Positions 44,983-57,700 of a stretch of DNA of 64,000 nucleotides are shown one piece after another. Position numbers and translations under genes: made by a program. The notes under the pieces were generated by a model. The model did not search any database and had not been told where the DNA came from. It worked only from the letters and a program-made list of their open reading frames with translations. The first letter of the stretch is position 1. Each line of letters opens with the position of its first letter. Origin of the DNA: Rhizaria sp. SCN 62-66 (Eukaryota); contig MEDY01000012.1 in assembly GCA_001724265.1 (NCBI GenBank), positions 124,001 to 188,000 of the forward strand. The letters run 5' to 3'.

Positions 44983-45162
44983 TCGACCGGTCGGAATTCG
45001 CGCGCTTCATGATTAGCTTTTCGCTGTCTCATCTGCCATCACTTCATCGTCAAATGCCTAAATGATGACTTATTCTGATAGAAATCTTAGTTGTCATTCT
45101 AATTATTAAATCAAATCTTCGGACATTGCGTTTCTGTTTTCCCATCCATGTCTGTAGCAACC

Positions 45163-46491
45163 ATGGTTCTCTGGGTTGATGACCACCGTCCTAAGGGACT
45201 CGACAACCTCGACCTTCACCCCGATGTCACTCGCCGTCTCAAGAAGCTGGTACGTTCCAGTGCAGATCGCATTGTATTATGTTACATTGCGCTATTTATA
45301 CCCCGGTATACCTTGATCGTATCCTCTGCACTGCTTCACTTTTCTCACTCACCCCGAACTCTGCACTCTGCACTCTGCCTCGTGTACTTCTCAATGTAAT
45401 CACCTTCATAGGCATCTACGGGTGACATCCCGCACATCCTCTTCTACGGCCCCGCCGGTGCCGGCAAGAAGACCCGCATCATTGCCCTTCTGCGCGAGAT
45501 GTTCGGCGCCGGCGTGGAAAAGACCAAGGTCATCGTGCGCCAGGTCAAGACCAAGACCAAAACGATCGAGATCGCCACCGTGTCCAGCTCCTACCACGTC
45601 GAGATCAACGCCTCGGACGCGGGCAACAACGACACGCACGTGATCCAGGAGGTCATTAAGGACCTCGCTATGACGCAGTCGGTGTCGGCCGTCGCCAAGC
45701 TGGGCGCGCTGCCGCACGCCGACGCTAACTCCAACGCCGCGGGCGCCAGTGCGATGGCCGACGACGACGCCGCGCTGGCCGCCGCGACGGCCGCCTCGGC
45801 GCCTGCGTTTAAGGTGGTGGTCCTGCACGAGGTGGATCGGCTGTCGGCGGATGCGCAGCACGGGCTGCGGCGCACGATGGAGCAATTCACGCAGTCGTGC
45901 CGCCTCATCCTCTGCGCCGAGTCGGCGTGCCGCGTCTCGGCCCCGCTAAAGTCGCGTTGCCTGCTGCTGCGTGTGCCGGCCCCGTCAGCGCCTGAGCTGT
46001 CGGCTATCCTCGCCGCCGTCGTGCGCAAGCAGGGGCTGGGTGAGCTGCCGGGCGCGCTCGTCGCCGCCATCGCCGCCGGCTGCCGCGGCAACATGCGCAA
46101 GGCTGTCATGCAACTTGAGGCCACCGCCGTGGACCAGTTCCCGTTCGCTGCCGGGCAGGCGCCGCGCCGACCCGACTGGGAGGTGTTTGTGGAGGACGTG
46201 GCGCGCCTGATCTTGGAGGAGCAGAGCGCACAGCGGCTGCTGCTGGTGCGCGGCAAGCTGTACGAGCTGCTGACGAGCTGCGTCCCCGCCGATGTGATCG
46301 TGACGAGCCTCACCGACGCGCTGCTGGCGCAGGCCGGCGCGGGCGACGCCGTGCAGACGCAGACGGTGCAGTGGGCGGCCTTTTACGAGCACCGCATGCG
46401 CACGGGCTCCAAGCCGCTGTTTCATATCGAGGCCTTTGTGGCCAAGTTCATGGCCCTGTACAAGAAGTGGGCTATCACGCACATGAAGTGA
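45163..46491 (+). CDS. RFC3: Replication factor C small subunit (human RFC3 / yeast Rfc5 type)
   Basis: Exons 45163-45249 (alternative ATG 45148) and 45412-46491 (TGA). LWVDDHRP, YGPAGAGKKTR, EVDRLSADAQHGLRRTME, SRC motif, YEHRMRTGSKPLFHIEAFVAKFM. Confidence 0.95.
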
Positions 46492-46899
46492 AATGATGTG
46501 CTTGTGGACGAAGGACAACAAACGTCTGCGACGGATGCTCGCATGGTCGGTCTACGTTGCTACTTCACTTCAATAATACTAATGAGGCTTTTTGTGGTCA
46601 TTGATGGGCCACATGTCACGCACAATTTGACTCTGAGGGCCAGTGACAAACATGATCAAAGAAATACACAAAGAAATCCAGAGATCGTGAAAATTACGAG
46701 TGAAACATCGTTCAGTGAGCAACTTGGACTGTATTATCTGTTGGCCATTCGAAATGACCAGTTGTCATTCATGCTTTAAATCAATGTTCAAAACAACCAC
46801 AGCTGTGTCACACGATGTCGCAGCAGCCACAAGAATAGATACGTGATGAAGATAGCGATGAAGATAGCACACGAAAACGCATCGAATTGCGTTCCTGCT

Positions 46900-48664
46900 T
46901 CACTTCTTGTCCTTCTTGTCCTTCTTATCCTTCTTGTCGTCCTTGTCCTTCTTGGCGCCGGCTGTAGGCGGCAGCGGCGCGCGCCGGGCGGCGGCGAACA
47001 TAGCGCTGAGGTCGCCCAGGTCGTTGGCGTCGTCGTCCTTGCCGCCGGCGCCGCCAAGAAAGTCCGCGAACCCGCCCGCCGACACGGACCGCGCGTTAAT
47101 CGCGGCCACGGTCTTCTCGTCCTTCTTGGCCTTCTTCTCGGCCGCCTTATCCAACTTGCGCTGCTCCTTGGCGGCCTGACGCTCCTCCTCGGCCGCGGCG
47201 GCCGCCTTCTCGGCCTCAATCGCGGCCGTCTCGCGGACCACGACCTCGGCGACGGTGGGGCCTGTGTAGCCGTGCAGAGAGAGAGACTTGAGCATCGCCA
47301 TCAGCGCCGTCGCGGAGTGCGTCGCGTGCGCAGACACGATCACCTTGCCGTTCGCGTCCAGGCCGGCCTCCGCGCCAGCCACAGCCAAGTCCTGGCCCGC
47401 GGCAGCGGCGGCGTCGGCGTCGGCGCTGTCGGCCTCGGCCTCGGACTCGGAGTCGGACGCGGCGCCGCCGTAGACGTCGTCGTCGAGGTCGTCCGCGGGT
47501 TCCTCCCCGTCGTCCGCGCCCGCCACACCGTCGTCTTCGCCGTCCGCGTCATCGTCGTCGCCGTAGATGCCCTCGTTGAACCAGAAGACGTCGGCCGCGC
47601 CCGCCTCGGCGTCCTCGGCCTTGGCGGCGGCGGCCGCGGCGGCGTCGGCCGCGTCGTCGTCATCGTCGTCGTCCGACTCGTCGAACTTGACGCCCGCGGC
47701 CATGCTCTGCAGGAAGAAGGCCTTGCCGGTAAGCTTGCTCATGTCGGGCTCGCGGCCCAGGCGCTTGCGGCGCTTGGCCTGCTCGACCAGGAACATCATG
47801 TTCCACGCGTTGAACGAGTCCACCGTCACCAGCGTCTTGGGCGGGATAGGAATCGTGCTCTCGTTCTCGCTCTCAGGGTCAGACAACCACGCGTCCGCGG
47901 CGGCGGCGGCCGCGGCGGCGGCTTCGGCGGCGGCGGCGGCCTGGGCCTCCTCGATCTTGCGGCTATAGAGCAGAGAGAAAAAGATATTGAGATACAGAGC
48001 CGGCAAGACTAAGGTGAGAAAGATACGAATGGTTAATATTATACTAGAAATGGTTGTTCCGCCATGAGATGTTATTGTGCTATATATCGATATCTCGAGC
48101 AGACTTGTTGCGTACCGAGCGTCAGCCTCCTCGTCGAGCTTGGCCTGCAGCGAATCGCGCATCGACATCTGCTCCTTGACGTTGTTCTCAATCAGGTACT
48201 CCTTCAGAGCCTCGGTAACCTCGTGCAACAGCACGGAGCCCTTGAGCGGGGCCGCGGTGGCGTTGGCCAGCGTCTCGAGCTCGCGCGCCTGCGCGGCGCT
48301 GAGGTTGTTGGCCGACTCGATGCTGAGACAGGCGGGGAGCGTGTTCGGGTAGGTCGGGCCGAACTCGATCGCGAGCACGCAGGAGACAAAGCTCTGCTCA
48401 GTCTTCTTCTTGCTGTTGCGAGGGTATGGCAGGATGGTGACGTTGCAACCCATGGATGTGCGTTCTGTAAAGAAGAAGACCGTGTTGAGTGGTCGAGACG
48501 ATGTAATGAGAGAGCGAAGGCTTATGAGAAGAGTTGTCCGTGACAATCTGAGTGCAATGGCGAAGCAAGCGGATGGGAAGATAGACGGGTAACGTACCAA
48601 AGTCCTCCTCGAAAATTGACTCGAGAACGATCATCTCGTTCTCCTGTTCCTCTTGGGGATCCAT
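46900..48664 (-). CDS. RWDD1: RWD-domain protein RWDD1/Gir2-like (DRG partner), 492 aa with acidic and Lys/Asp tail
   Basis: Exons 48664-48598, 48464-48116, 47962-46900 (TGA). EEQENEMIVLESIF, FGPTYPNTLP, TLVTVDSFNAW and KLTGKAFF. Confidence 0.85.
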
Positions 48665-49186
48665 GCGACCGAGCGACTGTGTGACCGCCGATGCGCAAGT
48701 TCCCACCGACACGAAAAGCGAGACGCAAACAAAATTTGAGAGAACGTAATTAGATGAGGGTATTTTCGTGAGCATGTAAAAGTGCATAGCGAAAGGCAGT
48801 GCTATTTGATGATCAATTGAACGAGGGCGAAAGGCTGCGAAGCGAGCTCACTTCACACACCTCACCGACCCCCCAGACCGCGCCAGTCCAGCTTGGCAAG
48901 CGCTGCTGTGCAAGAGTGTAACACAGATTCAAAGCACACAATAGTACGGCCAAAGCATCGAGAACTGAGATATTCTCTTGGTTGTGTGTATTAATCTCAT
49001 TGTAATTCGTCTAATTAACATATTTTTTAACTCATCGTAAAAGTCGGAATACGAAATATTGCGGCCTTCGAACATAGCCCAGCGTGCGAAGATTCATCAC
49101 AAGCACTCTCATAACATTCGCTGTGTCACATTGAACTTCGTGATAACACGACATCGAAAGGAGTAGCGCGTGCTGCGGCGCCGCGC

Positions 49187-49985
<799 letters not shown>

Positions 49986-50682
49986 GACTGGAACTGACGA
50001 GTGATGAGAGTGTCCAGACGGATGCGTAGATCAACGCCGCAAGGAAAGCTGTTTTAAAGAAACGCGTGTTCGCCTAAATTCCAAGCAACTGGCGTAATCA
50101 ACTGCACTTTGGCGGTCACAGAACACCAGTGTACGCTTTGCATTCAGACTCACCACGAACTGCTCTCTTTCTCGCCTCCTTTTTTGCGAACCGCGCGCTG
50201 AGCGGCTAACGGCGGTCGGTGAGATGGGCTTTGTACCGCAGCATAAACTAGTGTCCCGGGCCATCAGCTCTCTGTCGATAGCAATTTAACTGCGATTGGT
50301 TGAAATTGTGCGACTGCTTCTTGTTGGGGATTTTGAATGTACTTTCAATAATTTGCGTTAATGCCGTCTGCACGTTGCTCAAAGTAACCTCACTTCCGAG
50401 TGTCAGTCCTCCGTCCTAACCTCACCATCTCTCTCCTTCGTATCATGTCTCCCGTTTTTGCTCTTGTACAGGCTCTTGCACCACTCTTCATCAGGTGGTC
50501 ACATTTGCCTTCCGTCCCTTGCTGCAGACCTATCCTCTTTGGGTGTGTCTCTAGCTAACTATTTTTACACTGGACTTAGTCGTCCGTACAGTTGCCCAGC
50601 CGCAACACAAACGCGCACGCGCAGGCGTTCTTGCTGGCACGCACAGTCGGAGCTGAGGTAAGCAAAAACTCCGCCGACACAC

Positions 50683-52373
50683 ATGTTACGTGCGCGCTGC
50701 GTCCGCGCAGCCAGCTCTACCTCTGTGGTGGCTCGCGTCGTACTTCCTAGCGCGACTGCTACTGCTGCTGCTGCTGCTGCTGCATCTATTGCTGCTGCTT
50801 CCGCGTCCTCCTCTGCATCGAGTGCGGTCTTTACGACTCCTGTCAGCACATATAACACAAACACGTGTGTTCCGAGCAGCCGCGCAAATGCCACTGCATT
50901 GCTTTGTCTCAGCACTGGCAGTAAGAGCGCTTCCGTCGCAGCCGTCGCCGCCGCAGCCCGCCCCGTCGCTGCAACGCTCTTCACCGCGACCCCTGCTCTC
51001 ATGAGCTCCAGCAAGGACAGCAACGGCAGCGACGACACCTCGAGCTCTAGCGCCGACGGTGATTCCGGCGCAGGCGACGCCGACGCTGACGCCGCCGCCA
51101 AGGCCGCCGCCGTCGCAGCCGCGCGCCCGCCGGTGCCGCTGTCGCAGCGCATCAGGAGACTGCTCCGCGCCGTCCGCGCCGAGACCGTGTACGCGACCGA
51201 GTACATCTCGGAGCGCCTGCGCCCGACGCCGCCCGTGACCGCGGCGACAGGCAAGCACCTGCCCTACATCCCGCGGCGCCGCCTGCTGCACCCGGGCGCG
51301 CGGCCGACCTTCTTCGAGCACGAGATGCCCGAGCTCTACTGGGACTGGGAGCGCTCCTTCGGCTTCCTCGACGACGTCAACGCGCTGGCCGCCAGGCTTA
51401 CCGCCGTGCAGACCGAGCGTGACGCCAGGGAGTGGCAGGAGCTCCGGGCGCCGCTGCCTCAGGGGCTCGCAATCGAACAGGTATGTTGGCAAGCAACTCA
51501 TCATTAAACATCAATTACGATATATGTTCGATCTATTTTCAATGTAATGCGTTATTTGTGTTGGAATTCCGTACGTAACTTCATTAGAATTCTCAATCTA
51601 ATAACTTGCTCGTCTTTCTTCGCCTTGCTTCGTTCATCTTATACTTAAACAGGCGCACGGCCGCATGCTGGCCGAGTCGATCGAACTGGTGGTCCAGGCC
51701 GTGGAGAACAAGGACCGCGAAGGTTTTGCCGACGTGCTCAAGATGCTCGATGAGCGCGACGCTTCGTTCAAGCGCGCCATCAAGCGTCTGGTGCACAAGA
51801 TCAGCATCGGCTACGTGCTGACCCCCGAGGAAGTGGTCATCCGCGACTACCTCTGCGGCGACGACCTCACCGGGCTGCTCCCACACCAGCTCTCTGTCGC
51901 AGACATCTGGGCTGTGTATACGGAGCAGCAGCAGGAGTTCCGCGCCGCGCTGACCGCGCTCTACGAGGTCTTCTCCGCGCTCGACACGGACGCGCTCGCG
52001 GCCGACGCGGGCAAGGCCGCCATCGACACGCTCTACGCCGCGCAGCGCGCCGAGGAGGAGGCGCGCGCCGCGGCGGAGCGCGAAGAGGAGGAAAAGCGTC
52101 TCGCCGCCGAGCGCAAGGCTAAGGAGCGCCGTGCGGCGATCCTGGCCAAACACGCCGCCGCACGCAGGCTGCTCGAGCAAGAGAACGGCGGCGGCGACGC
52201 CGGCGCCACGCCCGCCGCCAGCGTGGAGACTGGCGCGGGCAGTGGTGACGCGGGCGCCGCGAGCGCGTCTGCGGGCGCGGCGGCGAGCGCGAGCGCCGAG
52301 AAGACCGCCGAGCAGGTGGCCGCCGAGGCCGAGGCTGCCAAGGCGGCGGCCGCCAAGGCCGAGGCCGAGTCCG

Positions 52374-52404
<31 letters not shown>

Positions 52405-54214
52405 TGTCCGGCGCGCGGCGCTGCACCCGCTGCAGGACCCCGAGGCGCCGCCCGTGTCGCGGCGCTTCGCGTCGCTGCACGCGCTCGTCGCCGACGCGGA
52501 GCAGGGGCTGCCGTTCGCCGTCTACTGCGTCACCAAGGAGTGGCGCCGGCGCCGCGGGGCCGAGGCGCTGACCGCGCACGTCGCCGAGGTGGCGGCCGCG
52601 CGCGAGAAGATGATCGAGGAGGCGCACGAACGGCGCAACGCCAACGTGGCGCAGCGCGCCAAGGAGCTGGCGACGGCGCAGACGGAGAAGACGGCGGCGG
52701 CGCACCAGGCGGCCGACGACTTCTACAAGTTCCTGCTTGAGCAGGGCGCGCCGGAGGAGGGCGCTAAGGCCGCGGCGGACGAGAAGCGCGAGATGGGGCT
52801 GGCGACGGCGGAGGAGGAGCTCAAGGCGCTGGCCGACGAGCACCAGAAGGCCAACGATGAGGAGCGCGACGAGCTGCTCAAGCTCACCGGCGAGGCCGGC
52901 AACGCGGCCGCGGAGGGCGAGGGCGAGGGCGAGAGCGGGGAGGGCGCGGAGAAGCAGGACGACGCCGCCGATGACGACGCCGCGGCCGCGGTGCAGCAGG
53001 GCGCGAGCTCGGCCGAGGATGCCGCCAAGTACGGGCTCAAGCTGCGCGAGCGCACGCCGCTCATGTGGGAGCGCCGCTTTGCACGGTTATCGGCGCTCAT
53101 GACGGAGCTCAAGCCGTCGAACCAGCTGCATCTGCGCGTCGCGGCGCTGCGCACGCGCGAGGAGCCGTGGGCGCGCAAGGTTGTCAAGGCGTACAACAAG
53201 ACGCTCGACTTCCTCGACGACTGGCAGGAGTACGTGTCGCAGCCCGTGCCCGGCGCGGGCAACAGCGAGGGCGGGTTCTTCGCCCGCCGCAGGAAGCGCC
53301 GGCGCGATGAAAAGATCGAGAAAATGCTCGAGCGCCGCGGGCCGATGCGCGGCCAGGCCGACCTCACGCTTGTCAAGTGGCTGGTCGAGACGCGCAAGAA
53401 CCACAAGGGCTTCACATCCGCGCGGTGGCGCGTCGACTTTCACAAGTACACGGTGTGGCTCTTCACCGTGGCGTATTTGACGCGCAACTTCGAGGTGATG
53501 CGCTCGCTGTGCACGGCGCCAGCGTACGCGCGCATGGTGGAGCTGTTCAACAAGCAGGCCGACCTGCGGCCCGGTCAGAAGGTCGCGCACCCGTCGCCCA
53601 GCCGCTTCATCATGCGCAAGGAGCCGGTGTTCTACAAGGCCGAGGACGACGGCGATGGCGGCGAGTATCGCTGGGAGTACCAGTTTAAGTTCCGCTACCC
53701 GCGCGCGTTCGAAGACGTCCAGACGGGCTTGCTGACCGAGGGCGCACTCAAGCACGTCACCTGGGTCGTGTGCATCCTGCACGCGCAGCTCGATCTCGAG
53801 AACCCCGACAGCAACTACAAGATCGTCGCCGCGTACTTCAAGGAGCTGCAGAGCAATCACCCGCTCCCCGAGGAGCAGGACTGGGTGCCCGTGCCCATCG
53901 ACGCCATGTTGGAGAACTGGCGCAACGGCCGCGGCTTCACCGCGAACAAGAAGCCCGCCGCCAGCGCCGCCGCTGGCGCGGAGGCGGGCGCGGAGGCGGG
54001 TGCTACCCCAGACGCTGATAAGACTGCTGTTGCTGCGCCGGAGGTCGTTGATACGCGGACTGAGGAGCAGAAGGAGGCCGACGCCGATGCTGAGGCCTTC
54101 CGCCGCGGCCGTGCCGAATATGACATGGCGCTGCAAATGCGCAAGGAGGCCCTGAAAGCCAAGGCCGCCGCCCGGGCTGCGGGCATGCCCGACTTCGACG
54201 ACTACGAAGACTGA
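50683..54214 (+). CDS. Mitochondrial protein with coiled coils and C-terminal Tim44-like domain (Tim44 / mL45-Mba1 family), about 1119 aa
   Basis: Exons 50683-51480 and 51653-54214 (TGA). Presequence-like MLRARCVRAASS. AYLTRNFEVMRSLCTAPAYARM, TGLLTEG and ENPDSNYKIV parallel the Tim44 C-terminal domain. Confidence 0.65.
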
Positions 54215-54767
54215 AGTAGGTGACTTGAGCGAGAACGCATCGGCATCTTAAGACGATGCTGAACGACATCTTCGCTGTTTTGCTGCTTCCCTTTGTAATG
54301 TCTGTGATAGCCTCATATGTATTAATAGTAAATATTTATTGTCATTTTTATTCATATTGGGTCTACGTGTGTCATACATTGTGTTAAGTGACAACAGCAG
54401 TCAGAGTGATTTTACGGTGTCACCATGCTGTCTCAACATTTTGTTAGAAGAATAAAAATAAAACAAAATAAAACTAGACTTCAAGATGTGCGTATGTACA
54501 TACTAGTCAGTACATACTTAAGAATATTCATGCATCTTTTATGTTCGATATTCGATTTAGATTCTGGCGATGCTTAGCCCCACCGACTCATTTAGTCCCC
54601 AAAAATGTATAATAAACAATCATTTTACGAAACAAACTCACGAAGGAGAAAAATAGTCTTTATTAAGTAGAGATTATTATAAGTATCATATAAATTAAAG
54701 TTTACTTCGCGCGGAGATTATATACCCCTGTAAATGAGTGAGTTCAGGTCACAATATTGCCCAAAAT

Positions 54768-57700
54768 TTAGTACGCCTTAAAATAGGCACCAAAACGATG
54801 CAAAAACAGCGCGCAGAGCGGTTCAGCCCGCGCAAAGCCAATCGATACAATCTCGTGCCATTTGTCATAATCGAGAATTTTAAAGTTCTCGATATGTTGC
54901 GGACGGATGTAGAGGTCGACAAGCGCAGCTGCGTTCGTGTCATTCCGGGTTGCAGCGGCGGCAGCTGCAGTGGGAGAAAGAGCGCCAGGCGCGGCGACGG
55001 CAAGGGTGAGTGAGCTGGACACAGCCGCGCCGGTTCCACGCTTGAGCTTCTTCAAACTGTTGCTGTTAACACTCACGGCATCCCCTCCACTCATCGCACT
55101 GTTGTTGCTGTTGATGTTGTTTGCGTTAACCGTCGTGGTGGCGGTGATGCGGAGTACGGCGGCGGCGTCGGCCGAGCCGGCCACGCGCGCTGCCTCGGCC
55201 GCGCGCGACTGCGAGCACTCAACCGCAAGCGTGTCGCGGATCAGCATCGTGTGGGGCAGGAACTTGAGGGCGCCGATGAGGTCGCCGAAACGGGGGTATT
55301 TGAACACAAACCGCGACACAGCACCGACTAAACCAGTATTACCATCCGCCTTGTTGGAGTTGCCGGTGGACTGGGCAGACATAGCCAGCATGTACTTAGA
55401 CTCGGCCTCGCTCACATCCCCGCCCTCCGAGGCCAGCACGCCGGCCTGGGATGACACGATTGCGCCGGGTTGCGGCTCCGCATCGGGGTCGGCCACCGTC
55501 GACAAGTCGAACAGCGCGGTGAAGAACGAGGAAAGGCCGCCGGAGCCTTGATTGCAGCGGGGCTTAAGCGACCGCGCAGCCTCGGAGCTGGCGCCAAAGC
55601 CGGCGGTACTGGTGGCCGGAAGCGTGCTGTTGCTGCCACTTGTCGCAGGAGGCACGTTCTTGGCAGCAACGACAAGTTCCTTGCTCTTAGAACCAGAGTC
55701 ACTGTCGTTGTTCGCGGGAAGCATATAGCGTAGCCACGGCGTGATGACCGCGGCCTGCACGCGCTTGCCCGCGAGCCAAAAGCCGTTGACGCTGTCGCCG
55801 TACCAGGGCAAGCCCTGCAGCTCGGGGGCCGACTTGGACTCGACGTCGACCGCGATGGTGAAGAGCGGCGGGAGCAACGAGGGCCAGGCGAGGCGGCGGA
55901 GCGGGACCACGGGGAGATTGTCTGCAAAACCGCCGTCGGCGAGGATGTCGCCTGTCGACGGGTCCTGCAAAGGGGGCAGGTACTCGAGCAGGGACATCGA
56001 GGCGCGAACGGCGCGCCAGAGGGAGCCCTGCGAAGAGGGGAGAATAAAGGAACAAAAAAAGGGGAACGCGAAAGAGAGTATGTCATGAGCAGTGTGAGAG
56101 CAAATTAAATCAGGAAATAAGAGTGAATGAACTTAATGCGAAGATAGGATTGAGACGTACACGTGTGTGCACGACGAGCTCAGCAGTCGACAGATTGACG
56201 CTCACGGCGCTAAACGGCACCCACGCGTCCTCAAGATCCGCGTCGTCGCCGCCCAGCACAGCCTGCAGGTTCTCTCCGAAGCGCTGCCCAGCAAAGAATG
56301 CGACAAGCGGCAGCGTGGCGTCGGCGAGAAGGCCGCGAAGGGAACCCATGATGATGCCGAAGTTGCGGAAGCTTGCCTCGAGCGATGAATTGCCATGGGC
56401 GCCGTAGCGGTAGCGATCGCGCGGTAGCAGGCGGAGACAATACTGAGTCGCAGACGCGTCATGAGACCCAGTCGCACCACAAGTAGAGCTAAACTCGCAA
56501 ACTGTTGTTGCGGCAGGTGGGAAGGCAGGGCCTGAGACCGGCAGGCCAAGGCGCGCAAGGGGAGATGAGACAGGAACTGCGACGACGCGTGAGAGAGTCC
56601 GGCGAGGGCGACGGGACTTCGGCTGAGACGAGGTACTCGCAGTGTCGTTCGGAGCATTAGTCGTCGGCGTCGTGGCAGGTTCTGTGTCGTCGCAGTTCTT
56701 ACTCTCGAGCTCAGCATCGACACCGTTAAGATCGTTGTTGAAGCTGTTATCGGAAGTGTTTGCGTTAGGGCTGCTGCTATTCGTGTTGAAATCAAAAGCA
56801 CAGAACACCTCACATTCATCATTGTCATGCTCACACTCGTCGGCATAGCCCATACAGCTGCTGTTCGCAGTCGTGTTGTCGGGGTATGATTGTAAGTGTA
56901 ACGTCGACACTCCGTCATAGTACCACTTCGTGTCGACAACAACTCTCACATCGCTCGCGTTACCAGTGCTAGACGTTGTGTTGTTGCTGGCGTTGTTGTT
57001 GCTAAGAGCGCTCTTGTCAATGTTCGAGTTTGTGTTCGAGCTCGTGTCAACGTTATTGCCAGTAGTATGACTGATAGCGTTACTGTTGTTGTTAGCGCCT
57101 GCTGGTGATGGCGTTGTCGTCTCGTCATACAATGGCTCGCCCCAGCCGAGCGACAGCAACGCACCGATGCACGCTCCCTGAGACGTACCACAGACGCGGT
57201 CAAACGCAATCCTGTGATCGAAGAGAGCCTTTGCAGCTCCCAGGTGCGCCATACCGCGCGCGCCGCCGCCGGACAGCACCAGTCCAACTGCGGTTGCAGC
57301 GGCGTGGCGCGCCAAGCGGCCCCAGTGACGCACCCACAGCGGGGCAACCGTTTCCGCACCGGTGTCGGCGTCAGAGTTGCTCGCCACCGACTGCAACTGC
57401 GACGACGAGTGTTGCTCTCGCTTTGGCAAGAAAAGAGCGCCAACAGAAACCGGCGTATGAGAATAGGAAGGCGTAGCTACGATAAAGTGACCATGGGCAG
57501 CGCAGCTCTGACTCGGGGCAATCGTATCCGTGCTCCCCAAACTGGCCGTAGCGCTGGTGAAACTCTTTGTTGCGTTAGCAACGAGTGCAAAGGCGGTTGC
57601 AATACCCACCGCCGTTGTGGACAATTCGCCATCAAGCTCTCCATCGGCTGCATTGATCACGGCGATATCCTCGTGACCTTCGTCGTCGTTGTCACCAGCG

